A stretch of 64,000 nt of DNA from Camelus ferus. Taxonomy: Eukaryota. Shown one piece after another: positions 1 through 13,185 of this stretch. Position 1 is the stretch's first letter; every line of letters starts with the position of its first letter. A program made the position numbers and the translations under genes. The stretch is from positions 63,366,001 to 63,430,000 of the forward strand of contig NC_045696.1 of the NCBI RefSeq assembly GCF_009834535.1. The letters are read 5' to 3'. The notes beneath the pieces were generated by a model. The model saw only the letters and a list, made by a program, of their open reading frames with translations, was not told where the DNA came from and made no database searches.

Positions 1-582
1 AGGAAATAAAAGTAAATTATAAAATTCTTCTTTTTCCAGACTGGCTTTCCTTCTCTGGAACCACGGCCAGTTTCATTGCTCTATTATGATCATGACTATT
101 ACTGAGGCTTGGAGTAATGGCATGGCTTTGGCTTAAAAGCTCCAAGTTTTGTTGCCACAAAGTCCCTTCTGAATTAGAAGAACAGAAAGCTGCTACCGCC
201 CTGGGCAGCTTGGGTCCCTCTTACGCTCTCTCCAGGCGACCCTGCAGCCTGAGACCCATCCCTAAGAGGCCCCTGACCAGCCGCAGGGCAGGCCAAGCTT
301 CCTGGCCCACGGAGGGATGGGTCCCACACCCTGTGCTCCTGAAAGAGCAGCTGGTGACTCGCGGCTGTGTTTCAGCCCCACTGAGGCTGGGGGAGCCGCT
401 GGCATGGACGGAGGTCGTCTTGGTCACGTGCATGTCTCAAAGCCACAGCCCCCCAGTATTTTATTGTGTTGTCACACAATAAAAGAGAGACAGGGAAGTT
501 TGGTCCTGTTCCTTTGCAAGAAACAGCACATGGTTTCTTTTCAAAACCAGTTGTTCTTGACCATTTTCTGCCTGGAAACACC

Positions 583-762
583 CAGAGTGTTCAGTGTGGC
601 CTGGGTGGGCAGCTGTGGCCTCACCTGTGAACTTGTTAGAAATGCACGTGCTTGACTCCACCTCAGAGCAACTGAATCAGAAACTCCGGGGGTTGGCCCA
701 GTGGTTGGGTCTTCCCAAGCCCTCCAGCTGATTCTGCTACCACTCGTGTTTCAAGGCCACTG
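583..762 (+). mobile_element. MER5A-like hAT-Charlie MITE
   Basis: Contains 'gaacttgttagaaatgca...actgaatcagaaactc...aagccctccagctgattctg...ccactg', the recalled MER5A core; ~180 bp. Confidence 0.8.
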
Positions 763-2029
763 AGGAAGGCTGACTCACTGAGACCGTGATTGTTGGTCAG
801 GGAGGCTCCCCTGGGGTGTGCGCCGGGTCTCTGGAACTGTGGAACTGGGGTCGAGGTGGTGCACATAGTTTGAAAGAATCCCTAAAAGGATGATGACCTC
901 GTCCCCCTTCCCTCCCTTATTTGAAAACCATTGATCTAGAAACTAATTTTGCATGGGAAGAATCATCTCATGCAGATGTCTCGGTATTCTGATTTTTTTT
1001 AAGCTTCAGAAATGTTATGATACTGTGGGGTGTCTTGTGTTGGCCTGGAACTCTCCCTCCATAGTTCACTACAAAGACTTTTATTTTACATGCTCTGAGA
1101 CTGAAAAAAAAAGGGGGTGGGGGCAGTGTTTCCTTATAGCGATTTTGGAAAATCTGTCTTGTTTAGTTTGCTGATTAGGAGTTGGTGGAGGCAATAGCCC
1201 ACCCCAGAGGTGGAGACCCGCCCTTGAACCTTGTACCTCCCTCACCAGCACTGGGGAGTGTGGCCCCACGGAAGGGGGCTTATCCTCAAACAAGCTTGCA
1301 CGGCTGCGTTATGTTTTTTACAAGCTCCTTAAAGGAGACGGATGTCTCTTTTTATTGCCCCAGACAGGGAGAAGATAAACCTTAAGTTGTTTGGTGTTTG
1401 CAAACAGTGGTAGACCTGAGGGTTTTTTCCCCCTCTAAAAATGTCTTATTTGGGAAGCTTCTGCGGATTTAAAGAGGTGGAGGGTGTTTGAAAAGTACGG
1501 AGCGTTGACTTTCCTCCACCCCGTCTCACTGCTGTCTGCAGGTGTTCGGGCTGCTTTTACTTGCCAGGAAAACAGTAAGAGACGAGGGAGACTGCTTCTT
1601 AGAAAGCGGGTTTTCCTGTTGAAGTGGGCAGCTGATCTGGGGCACAGGCTTCACCTCTCCAGAAGGTGGTATTTCCCTTGTGGCTTCGGAGGCAGGAAGC
1701 AGGTGGCAGGGAGCTGACCCCCACTGGCCTCCAACGGCGGCTGCTCTGAGCTCCCCATACTGCTGAGCGGTTTCTAGTCTCTCCAGGGAGATGGGACCAG
1801 CTGCCGTCCTCAGCAGATCCGGTGGTGCACTTCCCCGGGTGGAGACCTCTGGGCCTATGTCAGGGAACAGAGCTCTGAAAGGACCCAAAGCTGCCACTGG
1901 CTCTTTGAGCAGAGTGGGGAGGAAGCCAATTGCCCAGCGGGAACTGGGCTGGAAGGGAAGCTAGTTTCCTAATGGGATGGCCCTGCCTGAGCCCTGACCT
2001 ATCCCTCACTGGGACTCATGCTCCACAGG

Positions 2030-2125
2030 CGTGGAATTTGTTGGTTTTGTCCCTCACATACCCTAAGCATCCAGAATGATGCCTGGCACACAGTAGGTTC
2101 TTAGTAAATATTTGCTGACTAATCA
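2030..2125 (+). mobile_element. LINE L2 3' end fragment
   Basis: 'tgcctggcacacagtaggttcttagtaaatatttgctgac' is typical of the L2/MIR 3' terminus. Confidence 0.6.
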
Positions 2126-2989
2126 TGTGAATTTTTCCCCCTCCCCCTGTCAAGCCTGCTCTCAAGCCTGATAGGGAAGGAATTAAGGTTCCAGTCCCTG
2201 GGCTGTCAGCTGCTCTCCTAGTGCCCTGGGGGCAAAGGATCTTCCATAAAGACTGTCACCCTTCTGCAGAGGTTTCCAAGGGCAGCTCCGAATGAGGGAG
2301 AGGAAGTGAGTTCCCAGCACTGGTACCAGACACCAGGCCAGGGTGTCACATGTTTTTTAGAGTTGATGGGACCAACCCCTCCCCAGCCCACTCCTCCCTA
2401 ACACTCTGGGCTGGAATCCAGCACACAAGGAAAGGCTAGACAAGGTGATGTAGACACACAAGCCTTTACAGACATTTGGGGACAAAGGCTTCTCTGGCAA
2501 TTTGCTTTTAAACTCACAGGTCACCCAGAAGCTGCTGACTGACTACCTGACAGGGATGCATATGAGATTCTGTGTTGGAGAGCGCTGGGCAGGATTGTGT
2601 GGAGTTTGTGGTTTTGGCTGAGTGCAGTGTGGCAGGGAACTCCCTGCCCATGGGTTCCAGGCTGTGTGATCCTTGGATGAGGACCCAGACCCTCAGACTT
2701 GAAGGACACTGCAGGATACCTGTCCTGTCCCATCCCAGGACCCCCCCCTCCACAGCCCCACAGCTCTGCCTTGGACCAGAAGATGCAAACAGTTTAAACT
2801 TCTCTTGCTGTCAAGAGAAGGTGGGGCAGGGAAGAGATTTGCCTGAGGTCACATCAGGTGGCCCAGGCAGCCTTGGGATTTGACTGCTGTGGATACAGGT
2901 GTGTTCATCAGAATGGCACCAGGCATCTGGCTGGAGAATTTAGGAGAAGGCTAACAAGCTTCAGGTCCTTTGATAATTTGCCTGTTTGA

Positions 2990-3125
2990 ACATTCAATTA
3001 TTCAATCATTCATCCTCCAATAAGTGCTTTTTGAACATCTTGCCTATGTCCAACACTGTGCGAGCACCAGGGGACTGACGGTGACAAAAGGCCAGGTTCC
3101 TGCCATCAGGAACTTAAGGTCCCAC
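2990..3125 (-). mobile_element. LINE L2 3' end fragment (antisense)
   Basis: 'cattcaattattcaatcattcat...ttttgaacatc...cctgccatcaggaactta' is the reverse complement of an L2 tail. Confidence 0.65.
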
Positions 3126-3299
3126 TTCCTAGCCTCTTTCTCTACTTCACTGTAGAGAAGACAAAAGCAATCAGAAGCTATCTGTGTTTCCACGTTGCCC
3201 CGTCCCACCCTGAGCCTGCGTCTGTGCCCTTGCCTCTGTCTCCGTCCTGTTACTATGATGAACTTTACACATCTGGCCAAGGCCAACCCCTCCATGTGC

Positions 3300-4866
3300 A
3301 TGAACCATCCCATGCCTGCCTGAATCCTCATGGATACCGCTCCAGTGTCTCCCTCCTTTCTCTCTCTCTGTCTCGGGCTGCCAACCTTTCCCTCTCTACA
3401 GGGTCTCTCTTAACAGCATTCGGCCACGTGGTCATTTCCCCCATCTAAATATACCCTCTCTTGACCCTGCTTCCTCTCCCAGAAAAATGGTCCCAGAGCT
3501 CTCCTCTTTACAGCTAAACTCTTCAGATAGTTGTCCGTACCTGTCATCGCCACATCCTCCCCTCCCACACTCCCTTGCATCTACTCCAGTCAGATGGCCA
3601 CTCTCAAAACTGCTCTGTCAGGGTCTCCAATGTCCTCACTTTGCTTCGCTTTGTCTTCCTGACACAGGAAGTACAAGGAGAGCATCAGGGCTCAGACCCG
3701 CAGCTCTCCGCTATCCATCATCGCTCATCTAGGCTCGTGGCTTTCAATGAGACTCATGCATGGACTCCTAGGGTTATGTAGCCTCTGAACTCATGGCCTG
3801 TTAGCATCCCTGCTTGGCAGCTAACACAAATCTCTTCCAGAACTGAGCTCCTGCTTGCCCCCCACTCCCCTCCCTGCCCCACACAAATCCCCCCTGGCCT
3901 GCAGTGTTCCCCGGCTTAGCTAATGGTAAGTTCTCTTTGGTTCTTCTTTTAGGCTCACATCTCACGTGGATTGTGTCACCAAATCCTGCGAGCTCTACCT
4001 TCAAAATTTGACACTTCTCATCACCTTTATTGCTATTACTTTGGTACAACGTACCATTATCTCTTGGCTAGAGCGTTCCAAAGGGCCCCTAACTGGTTCT
4101 TCCTGCTTTGACCCTTCCCAGTAATGCCCCTCCCTGCATTCCCTGCATTCAGTCTATTCTGCACAAAGCTTCCAGAGGAATCCTTTAAAAAAGGTTAGAT
4201 CATGTCTCTTCCTTCCCATCTCACTTAGAGTGTCAGCCACATTCATCCCAAAGGCCTGTAGAACCCTATATGGTCTCTCCTTCCATTACCTCTCTATCTC
4301 CTACTACTCTCTCCCCCTTGCTCACTCTCTCCTACCTCAGGACCTTTGCACTTACTGTTTCTTCTGCTTGGAACTCTTTCCCTCCAGGATCCTTACTCAG
4401 ATGTCACTTGAGTAAGGCCTTCCCTGATCACCCTATTTAAAATTGCAGCCTATCCCACTCCCACTCCCTGCCCCGCATCTCTGCTCTATTTTCTCCATTG
4501 CACTTACCACTCTTTAATTCAGTGGCATACCAATTCAGTGGTGGGGATGGGGAACCTGTACTGGGTCCAGGTAATAAGAAGATGCATTATCTGTAGAAAA
4601 TTTAAAGATAACCTCGAAATGTACTAAGTTGGTCTGTTTTTTATTAGCACCATGCAGTGGCAATTCTGAACGCTGTTATTCGATACTCTTCCCCACCAGC
4701 ATGATAGCTCCCGCTAACTCTCCACTATTTAACACACTGTATTTCCCTTCCTTATTGGTCCTTGTCCATTCGCTAGAACTTAAGCTCCTTGGAGGCAGGA
4801 TGTTTTGTCAGTTTTGTTCACTGCTGTGTCCCCTTCTCAGTGAGCTTCAGTCTAGTGAATGAATGA
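3300..4866 (+). mobile_element. Degenerate LINE L2, interrupted by a DNA transposon fragment
   Basis: L2 motifs 'ggacctttgcacttactgtttcttctgcttggaac' and 'ggccttccctgatcaccctatttaaaattgc'; ends in 'gtgaatgaatgaa' tail. Confidence 0.75.
4519..4710 (+). mobile_element. hAT-Tip100 (FordPrefect-like) 5' terminal fragment nested in L2
   Basis: 'cagtggcatacca...gtaataagaagatgcattatctgtagaaaatttaaa...ggtctgttttttattagcaccatgc...gcaattctgaac' resembles the recalled FordPrefect 5' end. Confidence 0.55.
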
Positions 4867-7800
4867 AGTGGGTTGGGGATTATCAGGAGGGCTTCCTGGA
4901 CAGTTCCTTGTCTAAGTGGTTGAAACAGAAGGAGCAGAAGGTACAAAAGCCAGGAGCAACTGCACTCTCAGGGTCACGAGTCAAGGGTGGGGGTCAGAAT
5001 TCATGAGTGTCATCCAGCAGAAGTTCTTCCTTCATAATGTTAATGTTTGGTAAATGAATGTATTCCTTTATTGGTAGTCAGTTGAGGGTCCCTGTTGACG
5101 TCTTGCAGAGGGCCGGCTGTCACTTTCAATCAGAATGGCTATTCCCCACTCCTGCTGAAGAGCTCCAGGCCAGGGCGGTGAGCACACTCTCCCACACTCC
5201 ATCAGAACCTTCTCTTATCCCTCGTGTTAAGTGTGGGAGCTGGGAGAGCACGCGAGAGGCTGTGGTAACCGTCCCAGAGAGCGACAGGTGGGAGCTGGGA
5301 GCCATTCCCAGTGCCAACAGCTCCCTTTGAGAAGACATCACTTCTTTCTCTTCCCTCTTCTGGGCAGAGTTGGACCTTCTTCTTCTTGGCTCCTCATTCA
5401 TTTCTTTATTTTAACCTTATAACATGTTACCCTCTCGATTTGCTTCCATGTTTTTATCTTCTACTGAATGTCACTCCAGTAACAGAAATAAGGCCCACTC
5501 TCTTCAACTTCCCATCCCTAGCACAGAACCTGGCAGATGGGAGGAGATCAATAAATGTTTGCTGAGTGCATAAATAGTAAGGCAGATATTACATAAAGTG
5601 CTAATATTAAATGAATATAATGGTAATTGTGATGATGCTTTTGAATGCCAGTCATAATGAGGAGTGACTAGTCCATAGTGATTATATATAATATAGAATA
5701 TATATAATATACTTATACGTGTATATATACATATGTAATACACTTTTTTTCTGTAAAGGTGATACGTCACGTAACTCTGTTCTTTTAAGTTCCAGGAGCT
5801 CAATATCATCTACAATTATTCAAACATCATAGATGCAGAATGCCTATCAAAGTGTTAAGTATAGCTTCCAAAAAGTGTGAATTAGACCAAAGATCAAGTT
5901 AAAAAAAAAATGTTACCCTAAAACACTGGTTCATATGTACCAAATCTGAGATCTGGAGACCAGCCCATAGGCCAGTGCACTGATTCATCCAAAACTGGCA
6001 GGTGGGCCCTACTCCACTGGAAAGAAATCTTACAGCCTTCAGAAATCAGTCTAATGAAAAAAGATTTTTAACTAGTTCATAATCGGAGTTCAAAAAGAAT
6101 TCAGTTAACGTTTAAGTATTGCGTTAAGACAGGAAATTGAACAAAATTAATTTGGAAGCTTTCATAGAGTTTTCAAAAAGCAAAACCTGAAACTTAAAAT
6201 TGACTGTTTCATTATATTCAGTGCATTTGAGTATGAAATGTATGTTAAAAATTTCATTTAGCAGATTTCTCCATAGACTTTTAAAACCACCATCAATAAA
6301 TATTTACATATGTCCCCCTCCTCAAAGCACTTCCCCAGGTCCACACAAATGCCACTCATTCTGAGGCCCTGTTGCTCCAGATTAAACAGGTTCTCCTTCC
6401 AAAAGAGCCCAGAGGATCCTGCTCCAGCCACAGCAAAGTTTCTGGCCTTTGGATAATTCCACCACCTCTGGTTGACTGAGCAGGGCTGGGAATCTCATTA
6501 TGGACGCCTTCCACCTCCTTCCCAAGCCAGCCTGAGAAGGGGACAGACTGCATCATCCATCCTGGGCCTCAGCCCACCTTGCTCTAGGCCAGCTCACCAG
6601 AAGTGTTTTAAGAGCATGCCAACAGTCCGACATGGCTGCCATTCGCACCACCATCCCCATCCAACCCACCACATGGGGAAAATCCTGTATGGTAGATCTT
6701 CCTCAGAAAGACTGGGTTAGGCCTCCTTGTGCTTCTAGGACAGCACCCTTCACATAGGACAGACTGGCTGCCAGTCATCAGGTCTGGGAGTCTTTGGGAC
6801 AAGATTCACTCTCAGAAGTGAAGTTGCCTGAGGGGACACAGGTAGAGACACTGCAGAAACCTGCGGTCTAGGGCTGGGTGCACAACCCTGCCTCACCCGC
6901 GGCCCACAGGCACTTCTACACAAGCGCCCAAACACCTCAACATCTTTGGGCAGTTTTTAAGTCTATTTTAGTCTCAACTAAGAGTTTAATTCACTGGATA
7001 TCTAAATTCTCAGAGTATCCAATGGGTTCCTGTTTCTTTTTTAATAAATTTTTTTCACAATTTATGATCATTGTAGGAAAATAGAGAGGAAATGTAAATA
7101 AAAAGAAAATATAAAAAATTAATACCATGAAGTTTGTTTATATATATATATATCTCAAAGAAGGCAAATACATCCAGACATTAAGCAGGTGGGCCAGAAA
7201 TCAATCCAGCAAGAAAAAGATGGTGTGCTCCAGAAATGCCAATCTATTGCTTCTTCCCTAGCTCTTTGGGACAACAGCTGGCATGCTACAAACAGCGGGC
7301 ATCCCTGGTATGGGGCTGCCCGGTATGCACAGCGTGGGGGCGAGGAGTGCACTAACCTGTCTGAAGGGCCACAGGTAGCCACTGTCCTACACTTTCCCTC
7401 ATTGCTCCCAGAGGGTAGTCCTCATCAGGCTGTGGGCTGGGGCCTGGATGAGGTTTTCCCATCCCCAGCTTGAATTGCTATCTGATCTCCTCTGAAACAA
7501 CTTGTCTTCCCTTCCTCATTGCTCAGTCCCAGTGAGAAGGGAGTCTTCTGTTGGGATGCCGGGCAGGATGCATAGCTGTTCGCAGCTGCTCGTGAGTTTG
7601 TGTTTCCCACCTGTCCTGCCCAGGCTGATCATCCAACGTCATCACCAGTCCTCTGGGTAGGCACCAATACAGGCGGCCTTCTAAATAGCCCCAGGACAGC
7701 ACTGAGGAGCTGGAGTGGGAGCTCTTTGACCCTTTGGGAAGTTCCCATGGGAGGCTGTGCTTTTATTCTAGCGGTGAATGTTCTTTCACCCACGTCCTGT

Positions 7801-8569
7801 GGGCGCTGGCCAGATCCCCTGTGAGAAAGGAGTTCAGTCTGGAGCTGCCCTCCCTGCCACCCATGATGATCTGTCTATTCCTACTGCTTCCTGGCTTTCC
7901 ATGAAATGGTGCATTTGGCTTGTCAGGCCAAATGCCTTATGCATCACAGCGTCTTGGAACGCCTTTGGGCCGTTCTCCAAAGACTCTGGATTTGACTCCT
8001 GGAGCGCCTGACCAGAGGGTGTGCCACCAGTTCTGTAGGTCCCTCTGAAGAGCAGCTTGGTGGGGGAGAGGGGAGCAGCAGGATAGGAGTCTGGAGCAAG
8101 CATTCAATCAGGGGAAGGGCACCAGGAACTTGGCTGGTGTGCTGTTTACCCCCTTTCCCCCCATCGCTTCAGAGGCACTTTCCAAAGCGGCTGCTCTTGG
8201 GTGTAGCTGGTTCCATGCTCTAAAGGAATATAAGTAGGATTTCAGCACCACTTCCTAGAAAGAAGAGCGTCACATACATTGTTGCTCACCCTCAAAACGA
8301 GAGGCCCAGAGAGAATGCCTGAAGTTACACTAATGTCTATTTCGCGTCACAGTCCTGGCCCTCGGATGCCCCACTCCTGGTTGCAGTCAGCCAAGTCTGT
8401 TTGGCCGATGGCAGAGAAGGGTCAGAGAGTAGTCAGGCAAGATCTTCCAAACGTGGCCCCTCAAGGCGGTTAAGGCCGAATCCTTCCCTCTCCCTCAGTT
8501 CCAAAGAGCTTCCCCACTGGGAAAAGGACACGCCAGAGGTGGGAGCATCTCAGGGGCCTGAGGTTGCGG

Positions 8570-9310
8570 CGCGCCAGGAGCGGGGTTGGGGGGGGGGCGG
8601 GGAAGGGAGGAGAGCGCTGGAGGAGACCAGAGGAGAGAACGGGAGGGAGGCGGGTAGGGTGGGAGGAGAAGAGAGAAAAAAAGGGCAGCGGATGGGCGGG
8701 TGGGGTGCGGCTGGGCCGGAGTGCAAAGCGGTAGGCGGCGAGAGCGGAGCGGGGAGGGGCGGGTGGTGGCCGCGGTGGAGCGGACGAGGGGCGGGCCCGC
8801 TGGTGTGGCCGATGAGCCCGTAATGAAGCCGGGCGCCTGGGCCCCCTTTGTTCCCGGGCTACTATTTAAAAAGCCCCTTCCTCAGCCCCCGTGCGGGGCG
8901 AGAGGGGACAAAGGCCGGCGGCGCCGTGGGCCGAGCGAAACGCCCCCTTTAGAGAGGCCTTTCCAGCCGCGGCCTGGCCGGAGGCTCGGAGGCTCGGGGC
9001 GCAGCGAGGGCCGCGGTACAGCACACGGGACGCGCGCCGCCCTTAGGGGCCAGGAGGCCAACATTAAAACAACAAAGATGAAAAAACACAGCTCTCCGTC
9101 GCAGGAAGGCGCAAATGCTGGGCCTGTGGGTCCTGGGCAGATGGCCGAAGCGGCTTCCCAGTCCCCCGCCTGGCACCAGGGGGATGAGGCGCGCGCACCA
9201 CGGTGGGGCGCCTCGCCGCGTGGTCCTGAGCCCCGCTGTGGCACATTCCTGGCCTTAGCAATTATTGGGAAATTAGAGGATCTTTTTTTGTTTCTCCCGC
9301 GCTTCCCCCT
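8570..9310. promoter_or_regulatory. CpG island (promoter or orphan CGI); associated gene not identified
   Basis: Dense unmutated CpGs, very high GC, several GC boxes (ggggcggg, e.g. ~8756 and ~8788), G-runs at 8581-8610, AT-rich TATTTAAA at 8863. Confidence 0.85.
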
Positions 9311-10979
9311 CTCTTGTTTTTCTTCTAGGCATGGAATTATCTACTTTAGTAGTTCAAAAGACATTCCATTCTCATGACAAAAACAGAAACGGTGAGGTTG
9401 GCATACCGTAGCCCTCTTTCTTATAGGGAGATGCAGGCAATAAATCATAATGAATGAAAATTTAAAAATAGCATTTCTTTAACTTTTAATGGTGTACTTT
9501 GCTTATTTTCAAGTGCCTAACAGCTGTTTCTTGACATCTCAAAAAGAACCCATCTGAGCCGCTGAGCTAACAATAGTGAATTTTATTCCTTTAGAATACT
9601 ACTAAAGAAAATGGATTGAGGAGATTCGTTTGAACTCCCTCTCAGCTCTAAAATTCCTTAAGCCTATCAGTGAACAAAGACTGATGGAAGATTTTGAAAG
9701 AGTGGAAAAAAAAACTATCACCATGGTCAACAACCTATCTGTCTATCCATTCATCCATCCTATTCTGTTTAGTGCTCTCTTTCCTCCTTTGGCAGACCTG
9801 AACCTTACATCTGTTTCAGGAGCAATGAATGACATACAAACTTTGTCTCCCCTAAGGCAGGCTTACACCAGTGTATGCCTGAGTATCTGGAAATGGTTGA
9901 TCAAAACCACTCTCAATAATGTGTAGTCCAACAGGAGACACTACGCTGGATAAAAATAAAAGATAGGGGGGTTATTTCCCCAAGAGAAGAAAATATTCCA
10001 AAAGTTTGAACCCATTTTTAAACAAAACCATCTCAGGCTTTCATCCCTAAATGTGTTGCAATTTACACCCAGACAGGAGGATGGAAGGGCATCGCACTAA
10101 GTAATTGTTTCCAGTAAAAGTCATTTTTGGCTTCTCAAATCGCGACTCTGGTATGTCACATTGCACAGGTATTTTTCACAGCACACTGTGTCTGATGGGT
10201 CTGAGAGTATTTAAGGCTGCTGCGGAGAGGAGCCCAGGGCCATGGCGATTAGAGGGCTTCTGTAGGAAGCACGGTGGAAGGGACAATGGGCCAATTACCA
10301 GCAAAGCCTGCAGTCTCCCTTGGAGAGGTTAAGGAGGAGAGCACATGGCCTTTGAGCTAGCGTGTCATCTGTCCCGGGGCTTAATCAAGTTATCATATCA
10401 CCCCGTGTCTCCAGGCCTCCATCCATCGATTTGAATGAAGACAAAAATTTGCAGACAAATTTCTAGCAGCAGGAAGTTGGTGCTCTCCTGCGAGGCTGGA
10501 TGAAAAGCACCTGTAACCTTGTCGGCCTCCTCCAGCTCCTGCTGGGAGCCGCTTCAGGCTGCAGCCTGCTGGCTTCAGAGCCTGCCTGTCAGCAGGAGCT
10601 GGGGCTGGGGGTGGGGGATGCTATTATGTGTTTCAAGAGAATGCCCTGGAGCGGGCCGGCTGTGGCGAGGACAGCACAATGTGGCCAGCTACCGTGAATG
10701 CGTAGGTGGACACTCTCCCCTTCCTTTTGATACAGGCCTGCAGTCATATTTAGGTTAAGACGGGGGTGGGGGGTGGGGTAGCTGACATGCAACAACCCGC
10801 ATGTTGGCATAAAGGAAATACTTGTGTTTCTCCCTCTCTCTAGGGACGGTGAGAGGAAGGGAGCTCATCAGAAGGCCATGAAGGCCAGCCAGACCTCTCC
10901 TCCTCTCTGAGCTGCGGTTTCCCCATTTGTGAAGTTCAGGGATATATTTTCATCTAATCTGCAGGGTGGAAGGAGAGGG

Positions 10980-11200
10980 GGTTTGGTGTAGTGGATTGAA
11001 CATTGGCTAGGAGGGCATGAGTGATGGAGGCCTAATCTACGACTTGGGGAGGTGGCTCAGCCTCTGTCTGTTGTGCTTATTTCACTTGTAAGATGGGAAC
11101 ACTGATCCAGGCTGAGCTACTTCACAGCTAAGGAGTCAATGAGATGATAAGTGCTGATCAGTGAATTAATAACCTTTAAAACCACAGTAGTAGTGCCTCT
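10980..11200 (+). mobile_element. MIR SINE
   Basis: Degenerate MIR core 'cagcctctgtctg...ttatttcacttgtaagatgggaac...gagtcaatgagatgata'. Confidence 0.55.
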
Positions 11201-11721
11201 ACTGTCCCTCCAGCATCAGTGCTCTGTGACTCAATGTCACAAAGAGGGAGAGGAGAGGAGAGTGATTAATTAGCATTAATGTAAGAGCATTACATCCTGA
11301 GAACAAATTGACCACTGAATGTGAATGTCACAGTCCTTAGCAGGAAAAGCCAGAAGAGACGACTACTTAATACTCTGTGTGGCTGATTGATCCGATCAAA
11401 ATCGACTTTTTTGAAGTCCACAGGAAACTGGACTTTTTGATATTTTCATGAAGGGCTCACACCCTGAAAACATGGATAGAAACCTGCTGATAAATCACTT
11501 CTTCCCCAGCCCTTCAGATGTTTTTCATATTTTATCTCGATTTTAGTGACAGGAGATATTGACCTTAACCCATGGCAGCTCCAGCCTGTTTCCTCACCTG
11601 TAAAATGGGGTACACTTTCTTTGACTCTAACTCATGGGAGCACTGGTAAAATCCACTGATTAACAGGAGAGAAAGTGCTTTTAAATAAGGAGTAAGCTGC
11701 TAGGTAGGTTTACACCATACG

Positions 11722-11766
11722 TTCACACACACATACACGCGTATATACACACGTATACACACACAC
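11722..11766. repeat. Imperfect (CA/TA)n alternating purine-pyrimidine microsatellite
   Basis: 'cacacacacatacacgcgtatatacacacgtatacacacacac'. Confidence 0.8.
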
Positions 11767-13185
11767 TCAGTAAGGACTATTATCACCCATTTAACTGGAG
11801 CCTGAATGAGCACGTTAGGGAAATTTCGTGGCCTTGTGGACCTGAGTATGTGGATCCAGTTCAGATAATCTGGCTCAAAAGAGGATCATCATTTGGAGCT
11901 AACATCTGGCTGCTCCCTCTGAATGAGCAGTGCTGGGGTGCTCAGCTTGATCTCATCTCCTGAGGGGGGGTGGCCCTGTGGACATAGGCGGGGCTGGGGC
12001 CCTGGTGCCCTAGCACGGAGATAATCAGCAAAGAGCTAAAATATAGGGCGAATGGTCTTCATCCCTTACTTTCCCACCTGTCTGCCCCTAAGCTGCTGCC
12101 CCACCAGAATAGTCGGGGCTCCCTCAAACATCACATGAGGTTCTGCCCACTATCTCTCCACCTTCCCTGCTTATTAAATTTGTCTCATCCTTCAAGGGCC
12201 TCTGCAGTGACCTCCTGTGTGAGGCTACAGTCTTCAAACTCCTAACTCAGTCAGAACTGCCTGCTCCCAACACCCACCGTAAAACAATGTCCTGCCCTTT
12301 GTCCCAGTAGGTCAGTTTTGTGTTAGCATTTGCTGTGCACACACCTCTCTCCCTGCTACTCTGTGAGCTGCTCAGGGGCAGAAACCACATCTGATTTCTC
12401 TTGGTGGCCTGTCCCTAGCACCACTGCTGGTGTGCAATTATTTTTGCGTTAAATGTTGAATTGCAGTTACCCTGCCCCTCAAAGTGTCAGAGGGTGATGT
12501 GAAGGGATAGTGGGAGTGAGGGAGAAGATGAAATCATTCCTTTTCATGTTTATTTAAACCAAATCCATTTTTGGTTCACCTTGGATCGCAGCCAATTTGA
12601 AAATCTGAAAAACTGTTCCAATGTGATTGTCAATTTAAATGTAAGTTTAATTAGGACTCCTTTTTAAGTGACTCAGTCCTGCCCAAATAAAGCATTCCTT
12701 TGCTGCCTCCTAAGTGACTTTACGGAATCCTTGCAGAAATGGTTCCTGGCCAAGTGAGCGGGAAGGCAGCTCTGCTCAGGAGCCTAACCTCACAAAAATA
12801 CCCTTGCACTAATCTCCACTGGTTTACTTCCACAAGAAGATACGAACTTCATTCACACTCTGACAAGGACCCAGTGGCAAAGGTCCTATTTCTCAAGTCT
12901 GTATTTACACATTTACTCAAGAACGCTGTGACCAGGGATGGCATCTCTTCCTGTAGTTCTTCGTGTGGGTCCCCGGACCACCAGAGAGTCCCAAAAGTGG
13001 TAAACAAGGCTCTTTGACTCTTTTTAATATTTCAGAAAACCTGAGATAAGGGTGCAGGACCTACTATCATGTGACGTTCCTGTGTATTTTGTTCTCTTGC
13101 TTTTGGCTCCTTTCAGTGTGGAAGCAGTTCATGATGGTAAAAAGTTACCCAGAACTATATTTAATGTTTTAGGTCAAAGCACTTT

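Noticed and set aside
8241..8260. REST/NRSE-like start (ttcagcacc) plus STAT-like ttcctagaa
   Set aside because: Only the left REST half-site is present. Single 9-mer GAS motifs (also at 26683, 39153, 52739) are expected by chance in 64 kb.
8700..9377. 225-aa ORF (and overlapping ORFs) across the CpG island
   Set aside because: G/R/P/A-rich low-complexity translation, non-ATG start and no recognisable domain; expected from stop-codon depletion in GC-rich DNA.
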